Of a stretch of 64,000 bases of DNA, positions 19,384-30,736 are shown in pieces (within the stretch, counting starts at the first letter, position 1; each line of letters opens with the position of its first letter). The notes under the pieces were generated by a model. It had not been told where the DNA came from, made no database searches, and was given only the letters and a program-made list of their open reading frames with translations. The DNA is from Nitrospirota bacterium (lineage in GTDB: Bacteria; Nitrospirota; Thermodesulfovibrionia; Thermodesulfovibrionales; JdFR-86): positions 320,001 to 384,000 of the forward strand of contig CAVRJY010000001.1 of the NCBI GenBank assembly GCA_963721805.1, in the 5' to 3' direction. The position numbers and the translations under genes are program-made.

Positions 19384-19402
19384 GAAATCGCACCTACTGC
19401 TC

Positions 19403-20068
19403 TTATTCTATCGCGGGGGGCGCCATGTGACGGATTATCTTGCCGTCGATGAGATACAGCACCATCTCGGCGATATTAGTGGCGTGGTCCGCGATGCGCT
19501 CGAGGTACTGCGCGACGAAGCTGATCTTCATGGCCCTCGTCACGTTGGAGGGGTCCTTTATCATGTACGTCGCGAGTTCGTGCAGTACGAGGTGCTTGAG
19601 CTCGTCGACCTCGTCGTCGCGCTGGATGACGTCGCGCGCGAGCCGCCGGTCCTTCTGGACGAAGGCGTTCAGGGCGTCGCGGGTCATCCCCTGCGCGACC
19701 TGGCTCATGCGCGGCACGTCGATGTAGGGCTTAAGCAGCGGCTCCTCGTTGAGCTCGAGCGCGCGCTCGGCTATGTTGACCGAGAGGTCGCCCATGCGTT
19801 CGAGGTCGGTCGTGATCTTCATGGCCATCGTGATGAGCCGCAGGTCCGCGCCCTTGGGCTGCATCAGCGCGATCAGCCTTATGCACTCCTCGTCGATCTC
19901 GACGTCGAGCGCGTTTAGAGAGTGGTCGTTGTCTATCACGCGGATCGCGAGCGCGTTGTCGCGCTCGACGAGCGCCTGCACCGAGAGCTTGACCGATTCC
20001 TCGACCATCGAGCCCATCCGCAGGATCCTGTCTTTGAGCCGTGCCAGCTCGTCGTCGAATATCGCCAT
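19403..20068 (-). CDS. phoU: Phosphate signalling protein PhoU
   Basis: DLERMGD, LERIADHATNIAE. Confidence 0.96.
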   Translation of the reverse strand: MAIFDDELARLKDRILRMGSMVEESVKLSVQALVERDNALAIRVIDNDHSLNALDVEIDEECIRLIALMQPKGADLRLITMAMKITTDLERMGDLSVNIAERALELNEEPLLKPYIDVPRMSQVAQGMTRDALNAFVQKDRRLARDVIQRDDEVDELKHLVLHELATYMIKDPSNVTRAMKISFVAQYLERIADHATNIAEMVLYLIDGKIIRHMAPPAIE

Positions 20069-20832
20069 CAGCCGAACCTCCCCGTGATATAGTCCTCCGT
20101 GAGCTTCTCAGTGGGGGCCGTAAACATCATGCCCGTCTCCCCGAACTCGATCAGGCTGCCGAGCATCATGAAGCCGGTCCAGTCCGAGATGCGCGCGGCC
20201 TGCTGCATGTTGTGCGTGACGATGATGATCGTGACCTCGCGCTTGAGCTCCACGGCCAGCTCCTCGATCTTCGAGGTCGAGATCGGGTCGAGCGCCGAGG
20301 TCGGCTCGTCAAAGAGCAGGACCTCCGGCTCCACGGCCAGCGCCCTGGCGATGACGAGCCTCTGCTGCTGCCCGCCCGAAAGGTCGTTGGCGCTGTCTCT
20401 GAGCTTGTCCTTGACCTCGTCCCACAAAGCGGCGTGGCGCAGGGCGCGCTCGACGCGGCCGGCAAGCTCCGAGCGGCCCCCCAGGCCCTTGAGCCTCAGG
20501 CCGTACGCGACGTTCTCGTAAATGCTCATCGGAAACGGCGTCGGCTTCTGGAAGACCATGCCTATGCGGCTTCGAAGCTCGATGAGGTCCACCTCGCGGG
20601 CGAGCAGATTTTTCCCGTCGAGGATGATCTCGCCCTCGTACTTGTTGCCGGGGTAGAGGTCGTGCATGCGGTTGAAGCATCTCAGGAGCGTGGTCTTCCC
20701 GCAGCCCGAGGGCCCGATCAGGGCGGTCACCCCGTTTTTGCGCACCGTGAGGTTGATTTCCTTAAGCGCGTGGTTGCCTCCCGCGTAATGGAAATCAAGC
20801 CCCTTGACCTCGATCTTCGTCTCGGCTGACAC
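20068..20832 (-). CDS. pstB: Phosphate ABC ATPase PstB
   Basis: [40 protein letters not shown] start at 20832. Confidence 0.96.
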   Translation of the reverse strand: MSAETKIEVKGLDFHYAGGNHALKEINLTVRKNGVTALIGPSGCGKTTLLRCFNRMHDLYPGNKYEGEIILDGKNLLAREVDLIELRSRIGMVFQKPTPFPMSIYENVAYGLRLKGLGGRSELAGRVERALRHAALWDEVKDKLRDSANDLSGGQQQRLVIARALAVEPEVLLFDEPTSALDPISTSKIEELAVELKREVTIIIVTHNMQQAARISDWTGFMMLGSLIEFGETGMMFTAPTEKLTEDYITGRFG

Positions 20833-21674
20833 TACCTGAACCTCCAGCGTATGAAAAGTCTGCCCATGACCGTCAGGCCGAGCACGAATACGGTTATCAC
20901 CATCGACGCGGCCCATGCCTGCGCGTGCCAGTTATCGTAAGGTCCCATCGCGTACTGGAAGATCGCGACCGTCAGAGACGGCACCGGGCCGTTCATCTTA
21001 AGCGTGAAGTACGAGTTATTAAACGACGTAAATAAAAGCGGCGCGGTCTCGCCCACGACGCGCGCAATAGAGAGCAGCACGCCCGTAAGCACGCCGCGCG
21101 CCGCGCTCCGGAATACGATGTCCATGATAACCTTGTAGTACGGCGCTCCGAGCGCGAAGGCGGCCTCGCGGAGCGTCCAGGGCACGAGGCCCAGCATGTT
21201 CTCGGTCGTCTTTATCACGACCGGCACCATGATTACGGCGAGCGCCACCGCGCCGGCCCAGCCGCTGAAGTGGCCCATCGGCCTGACCATCACGGCATAT
21301 ATAAACGTCCCTACGATGATCGACGGCACGCTGATCATGATGTCGGACATCGTGCTTATGATACCAGAGATCCGTTTGCCGCGGGCGTACTCGGCCAGGA
21401 ACGTCCCGCCCAAAAGCCCGACCGGCACGCCGATCACGACCGCGAAGAACGTGAGCATCAGGTGGCCGACGAAGGCGTTTCGGAGCCCTCCGCCCTCGAC
21501 ACCGGCCGGAACGGGGTCTGAGAGGAACAGCGCGCCGTTTAAGGCAGAGGCGCCGTGGCGTATCACGTCAAACAGTATGAATAGAAGCCAGAAAAGCCCG
21601 GCCGCCGCGGCCGCGCCGCAAAGCACGAGCGCCGCGAGGTTCGTGGCCTTCCTTATCGCGCTCCGCCTGATCAC
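20832..21674 (-). CDS. pstA: Phosphate ABC permease PstA
   Basis: [28 protein letters not shown] start overlapping the pstC stop. Confidence 0.94.
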   Translation of the reverse strand: MIRRSAIRKATNLAALVLCGAAAAAGLFWLLFILFDVIRHGASALNGALFLSDPVPAGVEGGGLRNAFVGHLMLTFFAVVIGVPVGLLGGTFLAEYARGKRISGIISTMSDIMISVPSIIVGTFIYAVMVRPMGHFSGWAGAVALAVIMVPVVIKTTENMLGLVPWTLREAAFALGAPYYKVIMDIVFRSAARGVLTGVLLSIARVVGETAPLLFTSFNNSYFTLKMNGPVPSLTVAIFQYAMGPYDNWHAQAWAASMVITVFVLGLTVMGRLFIRWRFR

Positions 21675-22624
21675 GCCCCGGCCCCCGACTGCGCCTTGTG
21701 CAACAGGAGCCTTGCAGCCCCCAGCACCGCGAAGCTTATAGCGAACAGCACGAGCCCCAAAAAGAACAGAGACGAGAGGTACATGTCGCCCGCGGCCTCG
21801 GTGAACTCGTTGGCGAGCGTTACGGTGATAGTCGATGCGGAATCCAGAAGCGAGGCCGAGATGCGGTGGCTGTTGCCCAGGACGAAGGCGACGGCCATCG
21901 TCTCGCCCAGAGCGCGTCCGAGCGAGAGCACTATCCCGCCCATCACCCCGGTCTTCGAGTAAGGTATTATGACGTCCTTTACGACCTCCCACTTCGTAGC
22001 GCCCACGGAGTACGCGGACTCTTTCAATATGGACGGCGTGAGCATGAAGGCATCGCGGGAGATGCTGGCCGCAAACGGGATGATCATGATGCTCAGGATC
22101 AGGCTCGCGGTCAGCAGGTCTATGCCCATCGGAGTGCCCTGAAACAATACGTGCACGAGGGGGATGCTCGCGGTGGCCTTCTTTAAAAACGGCTCGACGT
22201 GATCTCCCATGATTGGGGAGAGCGTGAACAGCCCCCACATGCCGTATATGATGCTGGGGATCGAGGCCAGGAGCTCAATGGCCACGCCTATCGGGCCTTT
22301 GAGGCGCGAGGGGGCGATCTCGGTGATGAATACCGCGATCCCGAGCGCGAGCGGCACCGCGATGACGAGCGAGAGGACTGTAGTGACGACCGTCCCGTAG
22401 ATGGAGGTGGCCGCGCCGAAGACCTCGGTCACCGGGTTCCATTGCATGCCGGTTATGAACCCGAAGATCCCGAACTTGCCGATCGCGAGCCTTGACTCGA
22501 TGAGCAGCGAGACGAAGATGCCGACGATCAGGACGAGTATGGTCGAGGCCGCGGCCCCCGTGAGGACGGCCACGGCCCTGTCGACGTTCTTCTCGTAGCT
22601 CGAACCTTTTTTGGTTTTGTTCAT
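21671..22624 (-). CDS. pstC: Phosphate ABC permease PstC
   Basis: IELLASIPSIIYGMWG, RALGETMAV. Confidence 0.95.
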   Translation of the reverse strand: MNKTKKGSSYEKNVDRAVAVLTGAAASTILVLIVGIFVSLLIESRLAIGKFGIFGFITGMQWNPVTEVFGAATSIYGTVVTTVLSLVIAVPLALGIAVFITEIAPSRLKGPIGVAIELLASIPSIIYGMWGLFTLSPIMGDHVEPFLKKATASIPLVHVLFQGTPMGIDLLTASLILSIMIIPFAASISRDAFMLTPSILKESAYSVGATKWEVVKDVIIPYSKTGVMGGIVLSLGRALGETMAVAFVLGNSHRISASLLDSASTITVTLANEFTEAAGDMYLSSLFFLGLVLFAISFAVLGAARLLLHKAQSGAGA

Positions 22625-22675
22625 ATCCGCAATCAAAGGGGCGGAGACCGCGGCGGTCCCCGCCCCTTCGTCGTA

Positions 22676-23686
22676 TTATATGCCCTGGGACTTCCAGTAT
22701 GCCCTGATCTTGTCCTTCAGCGAGGCCGGCAGCGGGACGTATACTAGCTCCTTCGCCTTGGCGTCGCCGTTTTTGAACGCCCAATCATAGAACTTCGTCA
22801 CCTTCTTGTTCGCCTCGGGCCTGTCCTTGGCGAGGATTATGAACGTCGCCCCGGCGATGCCCCAGGCGTCCTTGCCGGGCGCGTCGACGAGCCAGAGGTA
22901 GAAGTCCTTCCTGGGGTCGAAGTCCGCGCTGGCGGCCGCGTCCCCGAAGCTCTCGAAGCTCGGCTTCACGAAGTTGCCGGCCTTGTTCTTAAGCAGGGTG
23001 TACGAGATCTTGTTCTGCATCGCATAGGCGAACTCCACGAACCCGACCGAGTGCTTCATCCTCTTGACGTAGTTCGCCACGCCCTCGTTGCCCTTGCCGC
23101 CGATGCCGACCGGCCAGTTGACGGCAGTGCCGGAGCCGACCTTCTCTTTCCACTTGGGGCAGACCTGGCTTAGGTAGCTGGTGAATATCGCGGTCGTGCC
23201 CGATCCGTCCGAACGGTGCACCACGCCGATCTCGTCGTCAGGCAGGTTGAGGCCGGGGTTGAGCTTCGCTATGGCCGGGTCGTTCCACTTGGAGATGTCG
23301 CCGAGGAATACGCCGCAGAGGGTCTGCTGGTCGAACTTGAACTGCCCGGTCTTGACGCCCTCGAGGTTCACTACCGGCACCACGCCGCCCATAACGGCGG
23401 GAAACTGCATCTCGTTGTTTTTCTTGAGTGCCTCGGGGGTAAGCGGTGCGTCGGAGGCGCCGAACTCCACCGTGCGGTCCGCGATCTGCCTCTGGCCGCC
23501 GCCGGAGCCGATCGGCTGGTAGTTGAGCTTCACCCCGGTGGCCTTGCCGTAATCAAAGGCCCACGCCGAGTAGACCGGGTAGGGGAAAGTGGCCCCGGCG
23601 CCGTTTATCGTCTCGTCGGCCGATGCGATGCCAGAGAAGCACAGGCACAGCGCCAGCGCCATCAAGGCAAAAAAATTCGTCTTCAT
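22676..23686 (-). CDS. pstS: Phosphate-binding protein PstS
   Basis: GAGATFP, GSGGG, HRSDGSGTT. Confidence 0.97.
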   Translation of the reverse strand: MKTNFFALMALALCLCFSGIASADETINGAGATFPYPVYSAWAFDYGKATGVKLNYQPIGSGGGQRQIADRTVEFGASDAPLTPEALKKNNEMQFPAVMGGVVPVVNLEGVKTGQFKFDQQTLCGVFLGDISKWNDPAIAKLNPGLNLPDDEIGVVHRSDGSGTTAIFTSYLSQVCPKWKEKVGSGTAVNWPVGIGGKGNEGVANYVKRMKHSVGFVEFAYAMQNKISYTLLKNKAGNFVKPSFESFGDAAASADFDPRKDFYLWLVDAPGKDAWGIAGATFIILAKDRPEANKKVTKFYDWAFKNGDAKAKELVYVPLPASLKDKIRAYWKSQGI

Positions 23687-23735
23687 ACAACCTCCTTGGG
23701 ATTCGGTTTGCGTTCATCAACCATGAGATTAGTAT

Positions 23736-23785
23736 ATGAAACGAATGTTATCACCTTATGAAGCGGATGTTAAATTTTGGTTAAG
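23736..23785 (-). promoter_or_regulatory. Pho box array upstream of pstS
   Basis: Minus strand CTTAAC, TTTAAC, CTTCAT, GATAAC, TTTCAT at exact 11-bp spacing. Confidence 0.75.
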
Positions 23786-23878
23786 GGGCCACGGGTCCCT
23801 CTCATTTTGGGGCTGGCAATCCGGCCCTATTGCCGTATGAATACTATCAGGGCCGACTCGGGCCGGTACATGCATTTA

Positions 23879-25024
23879 TCAATCCAGCGTGCGGCGGTAG
23901 CGCTTGACCCCGATGGCAAGAACTATAACCGTAAAAAGCGCTATCGGCCAGAGCTGGCCCGATACGTCAACAAACCCGTCGCCCTTAAGCAGTATCGCGC
24001 GCGTTATCCTCAGATAATGCGTAAGCGGGAAGATATTGCCTATCGCCTGCGCCCAGAGCGGCATCCCCCTGAAAGGGAACATGAAGCCCGACAGCAGGAT
24101 GTTGGGAAGGAAGAAGAACATGCCCATCTGCATCGCCTGCCGCTGGTTCGTGGCGAGGGTCGAAAACGTCACCCCGACCGCGAGGTTCGCAAATATGAAA
24201 AGGACGGTAAGGACCAGCAGCAGCGCTATGCTCCCCTCTATCGGGACGTTGAAGACGAAGATCGCCGCCAGCAGGATCAGCCCGACTTGCAGGTACCCGA
24301 CGAGCACGTAAGGCACGATCTTGCCTATCAGCACCTCCAGAGGCCGCGTCGGCATGGTGAGCAGGTTTTCCATCGTCCCGGTCTCGATCTCGCGCGTTAT
24401 GGCTATGGCCGTGATCAGGACCATCGTCATCGTGAGCACGACGCCCATCAGGCCCGGCACTATGTTGTACTGCGTGATCGCCTCGGGGTTATATTTCGCA
24501 TGCACCCTGATCTCGACCGGGTCGTCCTGGGGGGCGAGGTACGAAAGCGCGCCCTTGAGGTCGTCGGCCACGGCCGTGCGCATCAGCGTGCCGAGGGTCG
24601 CGAGCGCGTTGCCGGTCGAGCCCGGGTCGGTCGCGTCGGCCTCGACCAGGAGCACCGGCCGCGCGCCGCGCAGCAGATCGCGCGTGAAGTCCTGCGGTAT
24701 GTTGACCACGAACTGCACCTCGCCTCGCGCAAGCGCCTCTTCGGCCTCCTGCTCGGTGCTGATCAGCCTGACGAACTCGAAGTACCCGCTGTTGCGCATC
24801 GCGTAAAGCAGCGTCCGGCCGAGCGGCCCGTTGTCAGAGCTGACGACCGCGGCAGGCAGGTGCCTGGGGTCCTCGTTTATGGCGAACCCGAAGAGCATGA
24901 GCTGCAAAAGCGGTATCCCGATTATCATCACGAACGTCAGGCGGTCGCGGCGCATCTGGATGAACTCCTTGACGACCATCGCCCAGAACCGCCCGAACGA
25001 GAACTCACGGCCCACGAGCCTCAT
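23879..25024 (-). CDS. ABC-2 type permease (YbhS/R-like)
   Basis: KEFIQMRRDR, REIETGTME, LLSGFMFP. Confidence 0.9.
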   Translation of the reverse strand: MRLVGREFSFGRFWAMVVKEFIQMRRDRLTFVMIIGIPLLQLMLFGFAINEDPRHLPAAVVSSDNGPLGRTLLYAMRNSGYFEFVRLISTEQEAEEALARGEVQFVVNIPQDFTRDLLRGARPVLLVEADATDPGSTGNALATLGTLMRTAVADDLKGALSYLAPQDDPVEIRVHAKYNPEAITQYNIVPGLMGVVLTMTMVLITAIAITREIETGTMENLLTMPTRPLEVLIGKIVPYVLVGYLQVGLILLAAIFVFNVPIEGSIALLLVLTVLFIFANLAVGVTFSTLATNQRQAMQMGMFFFLPNILLSGFMFPFRGMPLWAQAIGNIFPLTHYLRITRAILLKGDGFVDVSGQLWPIALFTVIVLAIGVKRYRRTLD

Positions 25025-25941
25025 TGCCGCCCCTCGCTCTCCATGAAATGTATAAACGCGTCCTCGAGCCCGGAGGGTATGCGGCTCCACTGGTAGCGGG
25101 CGTCGGCCTTATACGGGGCGATCGCGGCCTCGAGCGCCGCGGGGTCGGGGCCGCTGACGTGCAGCGTGCCGCCGAACGCGACCGCCTGCTCGACCCCGGC
25201 TGCCGCCTTGAGGCTCAGCGCGAGCTCCCTCAGCTCGGGGCCGCTCACGGCCCAGGTGACGAGCCCCGCGTGCTCTATGAGGTCCGCGGTCGTGCCCTCG
25301 GTCAGCAGCCTGCCGTTTAGGATGAACGCGAGCCTGTGGCAGCGCTCGGCCTCGTCCATGTAATGGGTCGCGATCAGAAACGTAAGCCCCCCGGCCGCGA
25401 GCGCGTGTATCTCGTCCCAGAACTCGCGCCGGGCCCTCGGGTCTACGCCCGCCGTAGGCTCGTCCAGCAGCAGGAGGCTCGGGTTGTGTATCATGCACGC
25501 CGCAAGCGCGAGCCGCTGCTTCCAGCCCCCGGAGAGCTGCCCTGCGAGCTGGTTTCTGCGGGCCTCGAGCCCGAGCCGCGCGAGGCTCTGATTGACCGCG
25601 TCTTTGCGGTTCGTTATGCCGTACATCCGCGCGACGAAGTCGAGGTTCTCTGAGATGCTCAGGTCCTCCCAGAAGCTGAAGCGCTGGGTCATGTACCCGA
25701 CCCTGAGCTTTATCGCCGCGCTCTCGGTGATGACGTCATGGCCGAGGCAGACGCCCTCGCCGCGGTCCGGCTGCAGCAGGCCGCAGAGCATGCGTATGAA
25801 GGTCGTCTTGCCGCTGCCGTTTGGGCCGAGGAAACCGCATATTTCGCCGGGCCGCACGCGCAGGCTCACGCCGTCAACCGCGACGAGCCCCCCGAAGCTC
25901 TTGGTCATGCCACGCACGTCTATGGCATATTCGCTATCCAT
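25021..25941 (-). CDS. ABC transporter ATP-binding protein
   Basis: GPNGSGKT, LSGGWKQR, LLDEPTAG. Confidence 0.93.
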   Translation of the reverse strand: MDSEYAIDVRGMTKSFGGLVAVDGVSLRVRPGEICGFLGPNGSGKTTFIRMLCGLLQPDRGEGVCLGHDVITESAAIKLRVGYMTQRFSFWEDLSISENLDFVARMYGITNRKDAVNQSLARLGLEARRNQLAGQLSGGWKQRLALAACMIHNPSLLLLDEPTAGVDPRARREFWDEIHALAAGGLTFLIATHYMDEAERCHRLAFILNGRLLTEGTTADLIEHAGLVTWAVSGPELRELALSLKAAAGVEQAVAFGGTLHVSGPDPAALEAAIAPYKADARYQWSRIPSGLEDAFIHFMESEGRQ

Positions 25942-25953
25942 CGCAGGGGCCTG

Positions 25954-26907
25954 CTACGGCAGGTATACATCCACGGGCTGGCCGGGATGCATCCGGGCCG
26001 AAAGCTCGGGGCCGAAGACTACCTCGATCATGAAGACGAGCTTGCTTCGCGTCTCGCGGCTGTAGATGACCGGGGGGGTGTACTCGGCGCTCGGGGAGAT
26101 AAAGCTTATCCTGCCGGGGATGGGAGCCTTATCCCCGTCGATCCTGACTTGCACGGTCTCGCCCGGCTGGAGTGCGGCTATGCGGGGCTCGGGCACGAAG
26201 GCGCGCACCTTGACGTTCGAAGGCGGCAGGAGCACGACGACCGGCCTGCCTGCCGCGACCCACTCGCCGGGGCGGTAGAGGGTGTCGAAGACGAGCGCGT
26301 CCTGCGGGGCGGACAGGCGGCTCTGGCCGAGGTCGTATTCAGCGCGGGCCTCGGCCGCCCGCAGGCTCCGTTCCGAGGCCGCCCCGGCCGCTATCTGGTC
26401 CGTGCGCGCCCCGAGCCTCGCGGTCTTGAGGTCCGACTCTATCTGGGCCACGCGCTCGCGGTCCTGGTCGCGCGCCGAGCGCGCGACGTCCACGTCCTGC
26501 GCGGCGTTAAACCCGGCGCGGCTAAGCTCCTGCTGCCTGGCGAAATCCTTTTCAGCAAGCACGAGCGCTGCGCGCGCCTGCATCAGCTGTGCCTCCAGCG
26601 AGGCTATCTCGGTCGGCCGGAGGCCCTTCGTTAAGTCCACGAGGCCGGAGTGCGCCTGCGACACGCGCTCGGCCGCCTCGTCGCGCGCGGTCCGTTCCGG
26701 CGTGTCGTCAAGCACGTACAGAAGCCCCCCGGAGCGGACCTGATCTCCGCGGCTGACGTCCAGCTCGCGGAGCGTCCCGGAGGTCTCAGACGCCATATAG
26801 AGGTACTCGCCCTCGACGTATCCCTGCACCGGGCCGTTAGGCTTGGCCGGGCATGCCGCGGCCATCGCGAGGCAGGCCATCAGCAAGATCGTTTTTAAGA
26901 GGCGCAT
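25954..26907 (-). CDS. HlyD-family membrane fusion protein (YbhG-like)
   Basis: QGYVEGE, coiled coil, ISPSAEYTPP. Confidence 0.88.
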   Translation of the reverse strand: MRLLKTILLMACLAMAAACPAKPNGPVQGYVEGEYLYMASETSGTLRELDVSRGDQVRSGGLLYVLDDTPERTARDEAAERVSQAHSGLVDLTKGLRPTEIASLEAQLMQARAALVLAEKDFARQQELSRAGFNAAQDVDVARSARDQDRERVAQIESDLKTARLGARTDQIAAGAASERSLRAAEARAEYDLGQSRLSAPQDALVFDTLYRPGEWVAAGRPVVVLLPPSNVKVRAFVPEPRIAALQPGETVQVRIDGDKAPIPGRISFISPSAEYTPPVIYSRETRSKLVFMIEVVFGPELSARMHPGQPVDVYLP

Positions 26908-26969
26908 TGTTACATTAAACCATAATCCGCCCACGTCGTAAATCCCGGGCGTCTTCGGAGTGAGGGGAG

Positions 26970-28703
26970 CTAGATGATGATTTTGACCGTTGTGCCGCGG
27001 CCCTCGGCGCTCTCGACGCGCATATGCCAGCCGTGGGCGCGCACGAGGTGCTTGACGATGGACAGCCCGAGCCCGGTGCCGCCCATCTTGCGCGAGCGGC
27101 CGGGATCGACCCGGAAGAACCTCTCGCCGAGCCGCGGGATGAACTTCTGCGGGACCCCGATGCCGGTGTCGCGGACGAAGATATACCTCTCGCCGCCGCT
27201 TATCTCCGAGCCTATGGTGACCGAACCCCTGTCAGTGAACTTGATCGCGTTTTCCGCGAGGTTCGTAAGTATCTGGATGAGCCGGTTTTTGTCGGCCGAG
27301 ATCTCGGCCAGGCCGGGGCTGACCGAGCTCTGGAGAGTAATCCCCTTGGCCTCGGCGCGGGCGTCAAGCAAGGCGGTGACGCTCCTTATGGCCCCATCGA
27401 GCTGCACCGGGCCTTTCTCTATCCTTATGACCCCGAGCTCTATGCGGGATATCGTCATGAGGTCGTCTATCAGGCTGTTCATGCGCTCTGCGTGCGAGTG
27501 TATCGTCTCGAGGAACGAGACCGCGTTTTCGCGGTCGTCGAGCGCGCCGCCCAGCAGGGTCTCGCTGAACCCCCGGATGGCCGAGATCGGGGTCTTGAGC
27601 TCGTGCGAGACGTTCGCGATGAAGTCCTTCCTGACCTCCTCGAGCTGCCGCTCCTTGGTGATGTCGTGCAGTATCATCACCGCGCCATCGGGCTCGCCTT
27701 CCGGCAATCCGAACCGCAGCGGGGCGATGCGCACGAGCATGTAGCGCTCGTCCACCTTGAGCTCTTCCGTGATCAGCTCGCCGGATGCCTTCGCGGCGTC
27801 GACGAGCGCGGCGACCTCGTGGTTTCTGAGCACCTCCAGATACTGTCTGCCGATGAGGGGCAGGCCGTGGAAGAACTCCGAGGCCGAGGCGCTCGCAAGC
27901 CGTATCGTCCCCCTTGCCCCGAGGATCAGGAGCGAGTCCGGGACGCTTTGAAGTATCACGCCCAGCCGCATGCGCTCCGACTCGCTCTGCGCGAAGGCCT
28001 CATGCAGGCGCTTGGACATCGAGTTGAGGTCGTCCGTGATGCCCTCAAACTCGGCCGCGCCCTCGAAGTACATCTGCTGCCCGGTCGCGCCCTGCGCCAG
28101 CGAGTGGGAAAACTCGCTTATCCGCTTGAGGTAGCGCCTCAGCAGGTTGACGAAATACTCCGAGAGCGCAAGCGTGAAGAGCAGGACCGCGAGCACCGTC
28201 AGGACGATCTTGAGCCTGATGGAGTTGATGGCGCGGTCGACCTGCACGAGCGGCACCGCGAGCCTGATGAACCCCGGCGTCGAGCCCCCGCCCGCGGTGC
28301 GCTTGGCGACGTACAGCAGGTCGACGCCCAGCGTGTGGCTGTGGCGGATCGATGAGCCCAGCCCGGCCTCGCGCGCCCTCATCACCTCGATCCTGTCGCG
28401 GTGGTTTTCCATCTTAAGCGACTCGGCGTCGGAGTCCCCCAGGACCTCGCCCGAGTCCGCGATCACGGTCATGCGCGCCCCGCTTAGCGCCTTGACCCTC
28501 CGGCATAGCCCGTCGTACCGCAGCCCGCCGTCGAACGAGACATCGTTCTCTATCAGGTTGATGCGGGCCGAGAGCTCGGAGGTGATGTCAGAGACGTAGG
28601 AGCCGTGTATCACAGAGGTGATGTAAAGCTCGCTGAAGAGCACCGCTACCGCGAAAAACGCGATGTGCAGCCAGAGTATCCGGCCGAAGATCCCCCTGCT
28701 CAT
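26970..28703 (-). CDS. phoR: PhoR-like sensor histidine kinase
   Basis: RKDFIANVSHELKTP, ERFFRVD, GGTGLGLSIVKH; near the pst operon. Confidence 0.88.
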   Translation of the reverse strand: MSRGIFGRILWLHIAFFAVAVLFSELYITSVIHGSYVSDITSELSARINLIENDVSFDGGLRYDGLCRRVKALSGARMTVIADSGEVLGDSDAESLKMENHRDRIEVMRAREAGLGSSIRHSHTLGVDLLYVAKRTAGGGSTPGFIRLAVPLVQVDRAINSIRLKIVLTVLAVLLFTLALSEYFVNLLRRYLKRISEFSHSLAQGATGQQMYFEGAAEFEGITDDLNSMSKRLHEAFAQSESERMRLGVILQSVPDSLLILGARGTIRLASASASEFFHGLPLIGRQYLEVLRNHEVAALVDAAKASGELITEELKVDERYMLVRIAPLRFGLPEGEPDGAVMILHDITKERQLEEVRKDFIANVSHELKTPISAIRGFSETLLGGALDDRENAVSFLETIHSHAERMNSLIDDLMTISRIELGVIRIEKGPVQLDGAIRSVTALLDARAEAKGITLQSSVSPGLAEISADKNRLIQILTNLAENAIKFTDRGSVTIGSEISGGERYIFVRDTGIGVPQKFIPRLGERFFRVDPGRSRKMGGTGLGLSIVKHLVRAHGWHMRVESAEGRGTTVKIII

Positions 28704-29416
28704 GGCTCCTCGTCCGTGATCAGGTAGCCGAGGCCGCGCTTCGTGAGCAGGTAGCGCGGGGCCGAGGGGTCGTCCTCGATCTGAGAGCGGAGCTTGCGGA
28801 TATGCACGTCCACCGTGCGGGGCTCGACGTGCGACTCGTTGCCCCAGAGCGCGTCCAGCAGGCGGTCGCGCGAGAAGACCCGCCCGCGCCGCTCGGCGAG
28901 ATACAGCAGTATCCGGTATTCCGTGGCGCTGAGCGTCAGCGCCCGCCCGGCCTTCGTGACCGAGCAGGCGTCCTTTGTGATCGTCAGGTCCCCGACCGAG
29001 AGGACGTTTTCGGCGGCCGGCTCCTCGGGGGTCGCGCGCCTGAGCACCGCCCGGATGCGCGCCATGAGTTCGTTTACGCCGAAGGGCTTGGTGATGTAAT
29101 CGTCCGCGCCGAGCTCGAGCCCGAGCACCTTGTCGAGCTCCTCGCCCTTGGCGGTGAGCATGATGATCGGGATGGACTTGGTCGAGCTGTCGGCCTTGAG
29201 CCTGCGGCAGAGTTCGAGGCCGCTTACGCCTGGGAGCATGAGGTCCAGGAGCACCAAGTCGGGCTTCCCGGCGCGCACGGTGCGCTGCACATCGGTGCCG
29301 TCATAGGCCTCGAGCACCTTGTACCCCTCGCGTTTGAGGTTGTACGAGACGAGCCGCACGAGGTCTTCCTCGTCCTCGACGATCAGAATCTTTTTGGCGT
29401 CCCGGCTGGCGTCCAT
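28700..29416 (-). CDS. phoP: PhoP/PhoB-like OmpR-family response regulator
   Basis: REC domain (LLDLMLP, KPF) plus winged helix (RTVDVHIRKLR); ATG at 29416. Confidence 0.85.
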   Translation of the reverse strand: MDASRDAKKILIVEDEEDLVRLVSYNLKREGYKVLEAYDGTDVQRTVRAGKPDLVLLDLMLPGVSGLELCRRLKADSSTKSIPIIMLTAKGEELDKVLGLELGADDYITKPFGVNELMARIRAVLRRATPEEPAAENVLSVGDLTITKDACSVTKAGRALTLSATEYRILLYLAERRGRVFSRDRLLDALWGNESHVEPRTVDVHIRKLRSQIEDDPSAPRYLLTKRGLGYLITDEEP

Positions 29417-29458
29417 CTGATGATTATATCCTAAATGGGGCCGACCGGCCCCACTCAA

Positions 29459-30299
29459 TCACATGTGTTCCAGGCGGTCGATGCGCTCCTCGATCGGGGG
29501 ATGCGTGCTGAACAGCTTTCTCAGGCCGCCGCCGGTTAATGGATTGACGATGAACATGTGCGAGGTCGCGGGCGTGGCCGCGTCCATCGGGATGCGCTTT
29601 GAGGCCATGTCGAGCTTGCGGAGCGCGCCGGAGAGGAACCTCGGGTTGCCGGCCAGCTCGGCCCCTGCGATATCGGCCTGGTACTCGCGCGAGCGCGAGA
29701 TCGCCATCTGTATGAGCATAGCGGCTATCGGGGCGACGATCATCATCACTATCGCGGCTATCGGGCTTCCGCCCTCGCCGTCGTCGCGGCGGCCGCCGCC
29801 GAATATCGCGGCCCACTGGGCCATCTGCGCCAGATAGCTGATCGCGCCGGCTATAGTGGCCGCTATGGTCGAGATCAGGATGTCGCGGTTGCGTACGTGC
29901 CCGAGCTCGTGGCCTATGACGCCCGAGAGCTCCTCGGGGCTCAGTATCCGCATTATGCCGGTCGTTACCGCGACGGCCGCGTGCTCGGGGTTGCGGCCCG
30001 TGGCGAAGGCGTTGGGCTGGTCCTCGTCGATGATGTAGACCTTCGGCATCGGGAGCTGGGCCTTCGATCGCGAGGCGGCGCACGGTAGAGAACAGCTCGG
30101 GCGCGTCGGTCTCGGTGACTTCCTTGGCATGGTACATCCTGAGCACGATCTTGTCGCTGAACCAGTAGGAGACCATGTTCATGCCGAACGCGATCACCAG
30201 CGCGATGGTCATGCCGCCGCGGCCGCCCAATGCACCGCCCACGAACACCAGGAACACCGTAAGGCCCACCAGCAGGACCATAGTCTTTAGATTATTCAT
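29459..30299 (-). CDS. htpX: Zinc metalloprotease HtpX; frameshift near 30066
   Basis: [30 protein letters not shown]. Confidence 0.92.
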
Positions 30300-30372
30300 A
30301 TGAAACCTCCTTCAGGCAACGTTTCTGCCTAACATCTAGTATATCAAAAGCACTGGCAGCGCTGTCATTTTC

Positions 30373-30652
30373 AAAGCGCACCAAATCGCTTGATACTGCG
30401 TTGGGCATCGAAGACTCGCCCTCTATGTACGCCCAAGTACACCATCGGGGTGCCACGGGCACCTCTCCTGAAGAAAGGGCCAGTCGCCCTGCCTTGTCTG
30501 AAGACGATTTGGGCGCGCTTTCGGGGGGCACGGACAACGGACGCCCCCCGTGCCCCACAAGGTCAAAGGCATGATTGGAGATGAGCGCTCTGGCGCGAAT
30601 AGTGAGAGGGGCCCGTGGCCCCGCGAATATTTGCCGGGGGGCGCTGCCCCCC
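30373..30652 (+). repeat. Palindromic intergenic repeat, copy 3 (core 30373-30521, nested hairpin insert)
   Basis: TIRs, GTAC-GCCCAA-GTAC, GGTGCCACGGGCACC insert, tail modules. Confidence 0.88.
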
Positions 30653-30736
30653 ATTGACAGGGAGGCGTGGAAATAGTAAATTAACAGACAGCTTAATAAA
30701 AGTTATCACAAATCCCTATATGACGGCCAAGGAGCG

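Noticed and set aside
18905..19393. Short ORFs with similar peptides over repeat copies (also 30292-30654, 47222-47407, 62896-63090)
   Set aside because: They are translations of the non-coding repeat; frames and lengths are not conserved among copies
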